A stretch of DNA of 64,000 nt from Acidobacteriota bacterium (GCA_965263035.1 OZ253580.1:480001-544000), one strand, 5' to 3'; shown: positions 39,890-49,487, counted from the first letter of the stretch. Notes: generated from the letters alone by a model not told the origin. A program made the numbers and translations.

Positions 39890-41662
39890 ATGAACTTTTC
39901 AAGATCGATGATCCTTTGGGGGACTGTGCTGACCTTGTCCGGCTTTTGCGGCGTAATGCCTTCGGTTCTTGCCGACGAGGATGAGCGGACCACGGCCAAA
40001 GATGTGGTGGACTCGAAAACCGACATGGAGTACCAGGACAACCTGAAGGAATTCGTCCGCTCCGCAAGGGATTACTTCCTTGGCCTTCCCCTCAGTGCGC
40101 TACTGTCCACGGTTAAGGATATCCTGCAGGAAGAGGGCGGGGATTGGAACTACAAATCCATGTACCTCGTTGTCCTGTTCCCGGATGGCACTGTGTATTC
40201 GCACGGCGAAGATCCGAGTAAAGACAACACGAACATCAGAGACGCCGTAGACGACAATGGCAAGGAAGTCGTCGAGGGAATACTCGCCGTGGTAGATGCA
40301 GACGAAGAGGGAGGATTCGTCGAGTACACGTGGGACGATCCGGCTACGGACGAGGACATGAATCCCAGGTATTGCTACGCCATCAAGGGCGGTCATCCCG
40401 AATACCCCGTCCAGGAATTCATTCTGGTCGGTGGCTATCACCACAACGTGACGAGGACGGAAGAAGAAACGGAAGAACTCCCTGAATTCCCGGAGGTTTC
40501 AGCCCAGGACGTTCGGGACCGGGAGACTCTGAAAGCCTTCGTTCAAGGGGCGGGTGATTGGGCTCTCAGGGCCCTGCCGACATTGAGCTTCGATCTGCCG
40601 AAATTGTGGACTGAATTCAGGCGGGAAGGGGGGCATTGGAGGCATGGCTCCACCTACATCTTTGCGATGACGCCCGACGGTAATGTGATCTTTCATGGTT
40701 CCCGTCCGGACCTGGAGGGCCAGATCCTGATCGATCTCGAAGACCGCAACGGATTCCAATTCGTAAGCGCTCTCATTGATGCTGCCGTCGACGAAGAAGC
40801 AAGTAGCTATGTCGAGTACTACTGGGACGATCCGGGAGTCACCGGCGACGAGGAATTCGGGTCCGCGAAGGTCGGATACGCCGAAGCCGTCACGCTACCG
40901 AATGACTACGCCATCTTCCCGGGTGCGACCATCGTCATCGGCTCCGGCTTCTATAAGGGGGGACAGGTGGCCCTCGACTTCGCGCACTTCGGCAACGGGG
41001 GAGGCATCACCTCGGACATCGTGGTGGTGAACGCGTCCGCCAACGCGGTCCAACCGGCCATCTACTTCTACGACAAGATGGGTGAACTTATCGACGCGGG
41101 ATCGGTAGTCGACGTCATGGGGCAGGGTTTGGAGGTCACGAGCTACGGAGCTCTGACCGTTCCGAATGAAATACCGTCCCTGGGAGAGCTTACGATCCCG
41201 ACCCACGGTATGGGAGACCTCATGACCGGGTCGGTAAAGGTGGTTTCCGACAGTACCGAGAGCCCCATCGGGGGGGTATTGCGCTTTGACCTGACGGGTG
41301 TCGGCGTGGCCGGTGTCGGGGCCAGCCAGCCGGTCCGAGACGCCATCTTCCCGGCTCGCCGCATGGCTGGCGGGATCAACACCGGGGCGGCGTTCCGCAA
41401 CTTGAGCGAGTCCAAGCAGATGTTGACCTGCCGGCTGATGAAAGACGGCCAGGAACTCGACATGGAGGAGGTTGATCTGCCAGCCAACGGACAGGACGCC
41501 AAGTTCATCCACGAGATGTTCGAATACGACACGTCGGACTTCTCAGGTTCGGTCCGCTGCACGTCACCGGAAGGGGAGCAGGAATTCACTGCCGTCGCCC
41601 TGGAATTGGATACAAACAACGGCATCTTCACCACACTGCCGGTGGTGCCGGTGGCGCAATAG
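39890..41662 (+). CDS. Secreted protein with two Cache_2-like domains and the conserved C-terminal domain
   Basis: Signal peptide ending PSVLA; two copies of LKxFV...W...Y...HG...DxNG...VEYxWDDP...GxGxY; then LDFAHFGNG...FTTLPVVP. Confidence 0.8.
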   Translation: MNFSRSMILWGTVLTLSGFCGVMPSVLADEDERTTAKDVVDSKTDMEYQDNLKEFVRSARDYFLGLPLSALLSTVKDILQEEGGDWNYKSMYLVVLFPDGTVYSHGEDPSKDNTNIRDAVDDNGKEVVEGILAVVDADEEGGFVEYTWDDPATDEDMNPRYCYAIKGGHPEYPVQEFILVGGYHHNVTRTEEETEELPEFPEVSAQDVRDRETLKAFVQGAGDWALRALPTLSFDLPKLWTEFRREGGHWRHGSTYIFAMTPDGNVIFHGSRPDLEGQILIDLEDRNGFQFVSALIDAAVDEEASSYVEYYWDDPGVTGDEEFGSAKVGYAEAVTLPNDYAIFPGATIVIGSGFYKGGQVALDFAHFGNGGGITSDIVVVNASANAVQPAIYFYDKMGELIDAGSVVDVMGQGLEVTSYGALTVPNEIPSLGELTIPTHGMGDLMTGSVKVVSDSTESPIGGVLRFDLTGVGVAGVGASQPVRDAIFPARRMAGGINTGAAFRNLSESKQMLTCRLMKDGQELDMEEVDLPANGQDAKFIHEMFEYDTSDFSGSVRCTSPEGEQEFTAVALELDTNNGIFTTLPVVPVAQ

Positions 41663-41726
41663 AGAGTGACATCGCAGGAATGGATCAGCGAGAGCGTCCG
41701 TTCGTCAGCGAAAAGGAGCAACCAAC

Positions 41727-42989
41727 TTGAAATCTTCAAGAACGCTGTTTCTCATGGGGATCATGGGGCTGGCGGTAGTCCTTTCCGCTCTGCAGCCCGC
41801 CCTCGCCCAGGGCACCGGGATCATGGCCAGCAAAGTCCTGGACCGGGAAACCCTGAAGGCTTTCGTCAGGTCTGCAAAAGCGTACGTGGAAGGCATCACC
41901 GATGCTGCCCAGATCGACGATCTTTTAAACGAGCAATGGAAGTCCGACTCCGTCTACCTCTACATTTCGAATGACGAGGGCATCATCCGCTGGCACGGGG
42001 CCAATACGGCCCTGGTGGACCAGGATCTAAGCGGTCTGGAAGACGAGTTCACCGGAGCCCTGTTCGTCCAGGAACTCGTTGCCACGGCCAAATCGGGGGG
42101 AGGCTATGTCGAGTATCATTTCGACGATCCGGTAGTGATCGGAGACGAAGATCATACTTCGCCCAAGTTGGGATACGTCGAGCCTTTCACTTCGCCCCTC
42201 CCGGACCTCTTTCCCGACCGGAACATGGTCATCGGATCCGGAATCTATCTCGGGCATCAGGTCGCGCTGGACTTCGCCCATTTCGGCAATGGATCCGCCA
42301 TCAGTTCCGATGTCGTGCTGGTGAATCTGGCTGCAACGCCGATCCGGCCTGCGGTCTACTTCTACGACAAGGCTGGCGAACTCCTCGACCCGGAATCGGT
42401 GGTGGACGTCGGCGGAAATCTGGAAACCACGGACTACGGGGCGGTCACGCTCCAGTCCGAATTGGCACCCCTGGGCGAAGTCACGATTTCGACCAACGGT
42501 ATGGGAGAGACCGTGACCGGATCGGTGAAAGTGATCTCCGACGGTCCCCACAGCCCCATCGGCGGGGTCTTGCGCTTTGACGTTCCCGGCGTTGGTGTGG
42601 CCGGCGTCGGAGCCAGCCAGGCGGTTCGCGACGTCATCTTCCCGGCCCGCCGTCAGGTTGGAGGCATCGACACCGGTGCGGCACTCCGCAACCTGAGCGA
42701 GAAAAAGCTGACGTTGACCTGCAGCCTGATGATGGGCGGCGAGGTGCTGGAAGAGAAGGAAGTCCCGCTGGCGGCCAACGGTCAGATTGCCAAGTTCATC
42801 GGCGAGATGTTCGACTACGATACGTCGGACTTCACGGGATCGGTGCGCTGCACGGCGCCGGGAATCGCTCAGAAGTTCACGGGAGTCGCGGTGGAGTTGG
42901 ATTCCATGAACGGAATCTTCACCACGCTGCCGGTGATTCCTCTGGAGGGCGGGATGCCTTCCGGGGATGAAATGGCGTCCGAGGAATAG
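41727..42989 (+). CDS. Secreted protein with one Cache_2-like domain and the conserved C-terminal domain
   Basis: AAGGAG plus TTG start; signal peptide ending QPALA; TLKAFV...WHGAN...GGYVEYHFDDP...VIGSGIY; then LDFAHFGNG...FTTLPVIP. Confidence 0.8.
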   Translation: MKSSRTLFLMGIMGLAVVLSALQPALAQGTGIMASKVLDRETLKAFVRSAKAYVEGITDAAQIDDLLNEQWKSDSVYLYISNDEGIIRWHGANTALVDQDLSGLEDEFTGALFVQELVATAKSGGGYVEYHFDDPVVIGDEDHTSPKLGYVEPFTSPLPDLFPDRNMVIGSGIYLGHQVALDFAHFGNGSAISSDVVLVNLAATPIRPAVYFYDKAGELLDPESVVDVGGNLETTDYGAVTLQSELAPLGEVTISTNGMGETVTGSVKVISDGPHSPIGGVLRFDVPGVGVAGVGASQAVRDVIFPARRQVGGIDTGAALRNLSEKKLTLTCSLMMGGEVLEEKEVPLAANGQIAKFIGEMFDYDTSDFTGSVRCTAPGIAQKFTGVAVELDSMNGIFTTLPVIPLEGGMPSGDEMASEE

Positions 42990-42998
42990 GAGGGGGGA

Positions 42999-43133
42999 CC
43001 GGGCGGGCGACTTCCCAGTCGCCCGCCCGGAAGGGCGATTTCTAATCGCCCAGTCTTCGCCCATCCGGAAAGTGTGAAGTGGGGACTCCGTCCCCCCTAC
43101 CCCCCTAATCGGCGACTGGGAAGTCGCCGCTCC
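42999..43133 (+). repeat. Composite REP-like element, intron-free copy, between convergent genes
   Basis: CCGGAAAGTGTGAAGTGGGGACTCCGTCCCCCCTACCCCCCTAATCGGCGACTGGGAAGTCGCCGCTC matches the reverse complements of 28798-28865 and 51336-51390. Confidence 0.85.
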
Positions 43134-43146
43134 ACCGCCGCTCCGG

Positions 43147-44529
43147 TCAATTCTTCAGGAACGCGTAGGTCACTCCCAGGGCCAGATAGAGACAACCCAT
43201 CAGCAGGATGCTCGCCCACCAGGCCTTGCCGTAGCGGTACTCGGCCGGCAGATAGCGCCGTCCCAGGAAGGCGTAGGCCACCATCATGATGCCGATCATG
43301 GGGGTATCGATGGCACCCATGATCAGGACCAGCGTGACCGGTTTGGGGAAGAAGGCGTAGACGACCCAGGAGCCGACCATCATCAGGCTCAGGATCAGCT
43401 TCTGCCAGATCTGCGGGGTCATCTTTCCGAACAGGCCCGGCGCCTTCATCCGCAGGGGCTGCATAAACATGCGCGAGGAGCCGTCGAAGATGGAGATGGC
43501 GGTGCTGATGATGGCGGCCCACGCCCCCAGGTAGAAGACGTTCCGGGACCAGGGCCCCAGCACCTCCGTCATCATCAGGCTCAACTCCCGGGCCAGACCG
43601 GGACCCGCAAGCGTGATCCCGGCCGGGTGCAGAATCCCAACGCCCAGGATGAAGGTGGACAGGCAGACGATCAGTCCCAGCGCATAGGTCAGGACGATGT
43701 TGGTCCGGTTGATCCGCAGCCAGCCCAGCATCCGGCTCACCTCCTCCGGCGAGTTGGGCTGAAACTGCTCCCGCGTCAATCGGCCCTGGTCCCGGGCGTG
43801 GCCCAGAAGGCCCATCCCCCGCTCCTCGGCCCAGGCGCTGTACTTGATGGTGCCCGAACCGGCCATGACGATGCCGGCCAGGGACATCATGATCAGCAGC
43901 TGATCGAAGTCGGTGGCCATTCGCGGCACCAGGCCCCGGCCCAGCTCCCCGGTCACGTCCGGAACCACGAAACTGGCGCAGATCAGGAGGCTGAGGGTGA
44001 AGAGGAGGCACATGACCGTGTTGAAGGTCTCCACCGGCCGGTAGCCGCCGACGATGAGGATCACCCAGACCAGCAGGAAGTTCAGGAAGGTCCAGAAGAT
44101 CTGCTGCTGGACCTCTCCCGCCCCCGGCAGCAGGCCGCCGAAGATGTCGTGGCAGATGAGCCCGGCGATGGCCACGATCCCGCCTCGCAGCAGGAAGTCC
44201 TTGATCAGGTTGACGCAGAACCAGATCCAGGGCACCCAGGAGACGGGCGCTCCCATCCCGGAGCACGCCTCCAGGAAGTTCTGACCGGTGACGATGCAGA
44301 CCCGGCCGATGGCCTCGTTCCAGAAGGCCTTGGTGACGATGGTCAGGAGGATCAGCCACAGCAGGGCTCCTCCGTAGCGGGCCCCGGCGACCGGCTCGGT
44401 GAGGATCTCGCCGCTGCCGATGGCCTCCGCCAGGAGCATCAGCATGGGCCCGATCCAGGCCAGGGCCGTGATGGTCTCTCCCGAGACCCGCATCACCCGC
44501 GGTTGTGCCGATTTCTGATCCGTCACCAC
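43147..44529 (-). CDS. Nramp-like (APC superfamily) membrane transporter
   Basis: IGPMLMLLAEAIGSGE...GARYGGALLW; about 11 hydrophobic segments. Confidence 0.8.
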   Translation of the reverse strand: MVTDQKSAQPRVMRVSGETITALAWIGPMLMLLAEAIGSGEILTEPVAGARYGGALLWLILLTIVTKAFWNEAIGRVCIVTGQNFLEACSGMGAPVSWVPWIWFCVNLIKDFLLRGGIVAIAGLICHDIFGGLLPGAGEVQQQIFWTFLNFLLVWVILIVGGYRPVETFNTVMCLLFTLSLLICASFVVPDVTGELGRGLVPRMATDFDQLLIMMSLAGIVMAGSGTIKYSAWAEERGMGLLGHARDQGRLTREQFQPNSPEEVSRMLGWLRINRTNIVLTYALGLIVCLSTFILGVGILHPAGITLAGPGLARELSLMMTEVLGPWSRNVFYLGAWAAIISTAISIFDGSSRMFMQPLRMKAPGLFGKMTPQIWQKLILSLMMVGSWVVYAFFPKPVTLVLIMGAIDTPMIGIMMVAYAFLGRRYLPAEYRYGKAWWASILLMGCLYLALGVTYAFLKN

Positions 44530-44534
44530 TCAGC

Positions 44535-46058
44535 CTATTCCATCCAGAATGCGAAGAGACTGGCCTGGCTCAGGTGGAAGCGAATCCGGACCTGCTTCCC
44601 TTCCAGTGCGGCCCAGTCGGGAGTCCCCTTCCACTTGAGTTCCGCCTTCAGATGATCGCCCTGGATGGGTACGCTCTTGTCCAACGAGAAGGTGTCGGTC
44701 GGGCCCAGGATCTCGGCCCGGATCTGGCCGCCGGAGGCGTCGGCGTTCACGAACATCCGCTTGCCTTCCAGATGCAGGCGAACCGTCAGGAGGGTCCCCT
44801 CCTGGTGGCCGGCATCCATGGAGACGAACCCGTCCAGACGCAACTTGGCCAGCAGGATGGCCCCATTGTCCGGGACCGAGACGTAGCGCCGTCGTCCGTC
44901 CACGAGAGGGCCGATGTTGTCCGGCTGAAAGCGGCGCCGCATTCCGCTGTAGTAGAACCAGAGCTCACCGTCCCTCACGATGGGACGCGTCGGCGGAACG
45001 ATGGTGCCGGTGTCGTAGCGGCCCAACCCGTCGTAGGAGAGGGGTATGAAGATGGCCCGTCCCGCCACTCGTTGCCATTCCATCAGGTCCCGGGTGGAAA
45101 CCATCTCCACCATGTGGAACCCGTCCTGGTTGCCGATGGGCGTGGGACCGGTCTGATGAAACTTCATGGGAAGACCCAGGTACATGCCCTCGTAGGGGAA
45201 GACCGGCATGTTGTAGATGTCCACGTTGTAGTGCGAGGGCTGGTTGATGGTCATCGGAACCCAACGGGGATCGGACATGCGATTGGCGATGCGTTGCCGG
45301 CCCAGGACCTGGTCCTCGCCGTCGGCATGGAAGATGAGCCTGGGCTCGGTCCAGGTCACGAAGTCGGGGCTCAACGTGAGGTAGACCGACCGGCCGTAGG
45401 GCGCGGCATGTTTGACGGTGGCCAGGAACTGCTTCCCCAGCTCGTCGTAGATCAGTTGCGACTCGTCGGCGCTGGGGACGGCGGAAACTTCCAGAGGCGT
45501 CCAACGGAGACCGTCGGGTGAGACGGCCGGCTGCCGAATCCCGAGCCCGAACATCCCCTTGTAGCGCCTTTCCGGCACGTCGTGGGGGTCATAGACGACA
45601 TGATAGAGAAACTGGTCGCCGCGATCATGGTGGGCCACCAGGTTGTTGGCCTTGGAACCGTTCCACTCGATCAGGTTCAGCACCGGTTTGTCCCAGCGAA
45701 GGCCGTCCTTGGAGATAGCATATGCCGAGGTGTGCTGCTCCTTCGTCCCCTTCCCCTTCTTCGCAAAGGCCATGTAGAAGAACTTCCACACCTTCTCTTC
45801 CGGGTCCCAGATCGGGGCCGTACGTGTCTGTACCACGAAGTTTTCCCAGGGATGGACGGGCCGGACCATAGGCTTCGGGTATTTTGTGGGTTGATGCAGC
45901 GTTCGCTTGACGTTGACCAGCTTCCCGATGAGGCGGTCGTCGATGAACAGCTGCTTGTGCTCGGGAGTCACCCGAGGGATCCGCTGGGCCGATAGAAGAC
46001 CCCATCCCCCTTGAACGACTACGAAAACGGCCAGGGCAACGGTTACGATCCGGTTCAT
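44535..46058 (-). CDS. Secreted glycoside hydrolase-like beta-propeller protein, paralog of 24894..26441
   Basis: Signal peptide MNRIVTVALAVFVVV; QLFIDD, SKDGLRW, SPDGLRW and LRLDGFVS. Confidence 0.75.
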   Translation of the reverse strand: MNRIVTVALAVFVVVQGGWGLLSAQRIPRVTPEHKQLFIDDRLIGKLVNVKRTLHQPTKYPKPMVRPVHPWENFVVQTRTAPIWDPEEKVWKFFYMAFAKKGKGTKEQHTSAYAISKDGLRWDKPVLNLIEWNGSKANNLVAHHDRGDQFLYHVVYDPHDVPERRYKGMFGLGIRQPAVSPDGLRWTPLEVSAVPSADESQLIYDELGKQFLATVKHAAPYGRSVYLTLSPDFVTWTEPRLIFHADGEDQVLGRQRIANRMSDPRWVPMTINQPSHYNVDIYNMPVFPYEGMYLGLPMKFHQTGPTPIGNQDGFHMVEMVSTRDLMEWQRVAGRAIFIPLSYDGLGRYDTGTIVPPTRPIVRDGELWFYYSGMRRRFQPDNIGPLVDGRRRYVSVPDNGAILLAKLRLDGFVSMDAGHQEGTLLTVRLHLEGKRMFVNADASGGQIRAEILGPTDTFSLDKSVPIQGDHLKAELKWKGTPDWAALEGKQVRIRFHLSQASLFAFWME

Positions 46059-46219
46059 GTGTCTTCCTTCCGCTACAGGTGTCTCTGATTCAACGGTCTG
46101 ACGAGCGCGGCGGCGACCCGGGCACCCGGACCCGTCCGCAGGCCGCCGCAAGGGTACGCTTGCGTCGCTCGTCGCTGCAACCTTAGACAGGCCCGACCGG
46201 AAGGCGTAATGAGGTGGGC

Positions 46220-47167
46220 TCAGACCAGGACGTATTTCCCTCCCGGCTTGAGGATCACGACGTCGGTGGCTGGCAGATTGTAGTTGCGCGCCGCCAGGGC
46301 GGTGACGAACTCCGCCGGGTGCCCTCCCTGGGAACGTACCGGCGGCGACCAGAATCCATAGTGGCAGGGAATGACCACCTTGGGCTGCAGGATCCGGGTC
46401 AGCAGGGCCGCGAATCCCACGCCCAGGTTGGTGTCGTTGATGGGAAGCAGCAGGTAGTCCACCTGCAGGCCGCAGTTCTCGGCCTTGTGGGGGTGGTCGA
46501 AACGGCCGTCGCCCGGATGGTAGATGTTGCCGTAGCGGGTCTCCAGAAGGAATCCGCAGGCGCCCTCCGAATTTCCATGATGAGCGTATTGGATCTGGAC
46601 GGTGAAGCCTTCCCCGCGGATGCGATCCCCATGCGCGACCGGCTGCAACTGCTCTTGGGGAACTCCCGCTTCAATCAACATGGCGTGGCAGGACGGCGGA
46701 GCCAGAATCCTGGGATTGTGGCGGGAGAGAGCCTTGACCGACCTGGGCTCGCAGTGGTCGGTGTGGTCGTGGGTCACGAGGACGTAGTCGGCCCGCTTCA
46801 CGTCGGAGCCGGAGAGCGGGTAATGCTCGGTCTCCAGGTAGAGATTGTCGGGATCGTAGAACCGAACCTCCGGCGGCAGCCGGTCCGCCCGCTGATGGCG
46901 CCGGCGCAACTCGGCATATTCGGGATTGCCGCTCTGGAGGATCGGGTCCAGGAAGATGCAGACCTCTCCCAGGCGGACCACGAATCCCACGTTCACCAGG
47001 TACCAGATGGCATCGTAGCCGCCGGCGCCGAACACCTCCTGCGCGATCTTGCGCGGCTGCGGGAGCGCGAGCCGAGCCGTTTTCTTCCCTTGCGCCTGGG
47101 GGATGCCGGTCGAGGCGGCCGCCACGCCGGCCGTCAGGCCGGTCTCGATAAAACTTCTTCGATTCAT
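46220..47167 (-). CDS. Tat-exported metallo-beta-lactamase-fold hydrolase (UlaG-like)
   Basis: MNRRSFI twin-arginine signal; THDHTDH, YHPGD and IPCHYG. Confidence 0.85.
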   Translation of the reverse strand: MNRRSFIETGLTAGVAAASTGIPQAQGKKTARLALPQPRKIAQEVFGAGGYDAIWYLVNVGFVVRLGEVCIFLDPILQSGNPEYAELRRRHQRADRLPPEVRFYDPDNLYLETEHYPLSGSDVKRADYVLVTHDHTDHCEPRSVKALSRHNPRILAPPSCHAMLIEAGVPQEQLQPVAHGDRIRGEGFTVQIQYAHHGNSEGACGFLLETRYGNIYHPGDGRFDHPHKAENCGLQVDYLLLPINDTNLGVGFAALLTRILQPKVVIPCHYGFWSPPVRSQGGHPAEFVTALAARNYNLPATDVVILKPGGKYVLV

Positions 47168-47252
47168 GGGAACAACTCCTGGAAGACTTGTACGGTGAAC
47201 GGAATGACCCTAGACTTTTCCGTTGAGGAATAGAGAACGAGGGAGCTTTTCC

Positions 47253-48728
47253 GTGAAAGTTGCAATCGCTGCATTATTGCAGGAGACGAACACTTTTTCC
47301 CCTCAAGCCACGGTCCGCGGCCACTTCCTGATGACTCCCGGTCACGAGTTGATCGAAGGCCACAAAACGGAAAATAGCGAGATTCACGGATTTGTGGATG
47401 CCCTGACCGAGGGAGGAGCGCAGATTGCGCCCATTCTGGGTGGGTGGGCCGTAAGTTACGGCAGGATCAAGCTTTACGATTTCCAAACCCTGCTTGATGA
47501 CCTCAAGGAGGAGATCAGGAAGGCCGGACCCCTGGACGGATTGCTCCTGGCGCTGCACGGCGCCTGGGCCGGCGAGGGAATCGACAGTTGCGACGGCACC
47601 ATCCTGCGGGAGCTGAGAGCACTGTTGGGACCCTCGGTTCCCATCGTCGCAACCTTGGATCTCCACGCCAACCTGACCCGCACCATGTGGGAAAATGCCG
47701 ACGCCCTGGCGGGCTATCAGACCTGTCCTCACGTGGATCTCTACGACACCGGACGGCGAGGGGGTGACTTGATGGTCTCCCTCCTCCGGCGTGAGGTCCG
47801 CCCCACCATGCACGCCGTAAAGATCCCGATGGTGGTCCAAGCGGAAAACATGCTCACCGACCGGGGCGAATTCCGCCGGATCTACGACCGTGTCCGGTCC
47901 TTGGAGGGCCAGGGAACAACCATCTCCGCTTCGGTGTTTGCAGTCCAACCCTGGATGGACGTGGAGGAGTTGGGTTGGGCCTCGCTGGTCATCACGAACA
48001 ACGATCCCGCTCGAGCCAAATCGCAGGCCAATGAACTGGCCCGTTTCATCTGGTCCGTCAGGAAGTCTTTTGTCATTTCCCTTCCCTCGGTGGACGAGGC
48101 CTTGGAACAGGCTCTGAAAACACGTGGGGGTCCGGTGGTGCTTGGGGAGGGTGCGGACGGCACCATGGGGGGTGCGCCCGGAGATGGAACCAGTATTCTG
48201 GCCGGCATTCTGCAACATGGAATCGACGTGTCGGTGGCGGCCGTTGTCGTCGATCCTGGAGCAGTCGAGGAGGCGATTCGGGCGGGTGTCGGGAATACCG
48301 TCAACCTGCGAGTCGGGGGGAAATTGGATCCTGCCTACGCCACATCAGTTCGTGTCACGGGTAGGGTCAAGCTCATTTCCGACGGCGAGTTCCGGTACAA
48401 GGGCCGCGTCTACACCGGCCGGTTGGTCAAGATGGGGAGGGCCGTCGTGTTGTCGATCGGACGCATCCGCTTGCTGATTTCCGAGCGTCCCGTTCCCACA
48501 ACCGATCCGGAGCTGTATCGAAGCCACGGAATCGAACCGCGGGACATGAAGCTGGTGTTGGTCAAGTCGCCCCTGGGATTGCGTACCGAGTACGAGCCCG
48601 TAGCTCGTTCCATCATCATCGTGAACAGCCCCGGGTGCTGCAGTCCCGACCTGACCTCCCTCCCGTTCGTGAGGATGCCCCGGCCCATGTTCCCTTTCGA
48701 CGAGTTCGACTATTCACCTCCCCAATAG
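47253..48728 (+). CDS. M81 family metallopeptidase (MlrC-like)
   Basis: QETNTFS, LALHGA, TLDLHAN, PHVD, GGAPGDGT and LVKS. Confidence 0.9.
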   Translation: MKVAIAALLQETNTFSPQATVRGHFLMTPGHELIEGHKTENSEIHGFVDALTEGGAQIAPILGGWAVSYGRIKLYDFQTLLDDLKEEIRKAGPLDGLLLALHGAWAGEGIDSCDGTILRELRALLGPSVPIVATLDLHANLTRTMWENADALAGYQTCPHVDLYDTGRRGGDLMVSLLRREVRPTMHAVKIPMVVQAENMLTDRGEFRRIYDRVRSLEGQGTTISASVFAVQPWMDVEELGWASLVITNNDPARAKSQANELARFIWSVRKSFVISLPSVDEALEQALKTRGGPVVLGEGADGTMGGAPGDGTSILAGILQHGIDVSVAAVVVDPGAVEEAIRAGVGNTVNLRVGGKLDPAYATSVRVTGRVKLISDGEFRYKGRVYTGRLVKMGRAVVLSIGRIRLLISERPVPTTDPELYRSHGIEPRDMKLVLVKSPLGLRTEYEPVARSIIIVNSPGCCSPDLTSLPFVRMPRPMFPFDEFDYSPPQ

Positions 48729-48748
48729 AAAGCGGAGAGTGCCCGATC

Positions 48749-49435
48749 ATGTGCGGACGTTTCACTCAGATGATGTCCTGGAGTGAGGTCCACGACCTGT
48801 ACCACTATCAGGAACCCGCCGCGCCGCAGAGTCTGACGCCCCGACACAACGGTGCACCGACCCAGAACTTCGCGGCCTGCCGGCTCGACGAGGCCGGCCG
48901 GCGCACGGTGGCCAAACTTCGTTGGGGGTTGGTGCCGTCTTGGGCCAAGGATGTCCGGATGGGCTTCCGATTGATCAACGCGCGGGCGGAGACGGTGCAC
49001 TCCAAGCCGTCGTTCGGGGCCGCCTTCCGCTCACGCCGTTGTCTGGTGCCGGCGAACGGATGGTTCGAGTGGCGGCGGGACGGCCGCAACCAGCAACCCT
49101 ACTTTCTGGCCCTGGCCGACGGTTCTCTCCTGTCGTTCGCCGGGCTGTGGGAGCGCTGGAGCGGACCGAAGGAAACCCGCGAGACGTTTACCATCATCAC
49201 CACGGCGGCCGCTCCCGGACTTGCCGACATCCATCACCGTCAACCCGCCATCGTCGATCCCGCCCGATTCGGCGGCTGGCTCGATCCGTCATCGTCGGTG
49301 ACCCAGCTCCTCGACCTGGTTCGGGAGCCTTACGCCGGCCCCTACGAGAAGCGCCCCGTCAGCACCAAGGTGAACAGCGTCAGGAACAACCATCCGGACA
49401 TCCTGGCCCCGGCGCCCGAGCGGAGCTTGTTCTGA
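48749..49435 (+). CDS. SRAP family protein (abasic-site processing, YedK/HMCES-like)
   Basis: N-terminal MCGRF; WGLVPSW, INARAET, RCLVPANGWFEW and IHHRQP. Confidence 0.93.
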   Translation: MCGRFTQMMSWSEVHDLYHYQEPAAPQSLTPRHNGAPTQNFAACRLDEAGRRTVAKLRWGLVPSWAKDVRMGFRLINARAETVHSKPSFGAAFRSRRCLVPANGWFEWRRDGRNQQPYFLALADGSLLSFAGLWERWSGPKETRETFTIITTAAAPGLADIHHRQPAIVDPARFGGWLDPSSSVTQLLDLVREPYAGPYEKRPVSTKVNSVRNNHPDILAPAPERSLF

Positions 49436-49487
49436 AATCCATGGCGAAACCCCAGGGCCGGCTCCGTCGCCCCTGGCGACGGCATGG

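Noticed and set aside
46098-46104. CTGACGA hammerhead-like core here and on the minus strand near 36005
   Set aside because: No correctly placed GAAA with supporting stems, and the motif is not conserved in the second copy of the 36/61-kb repeat.
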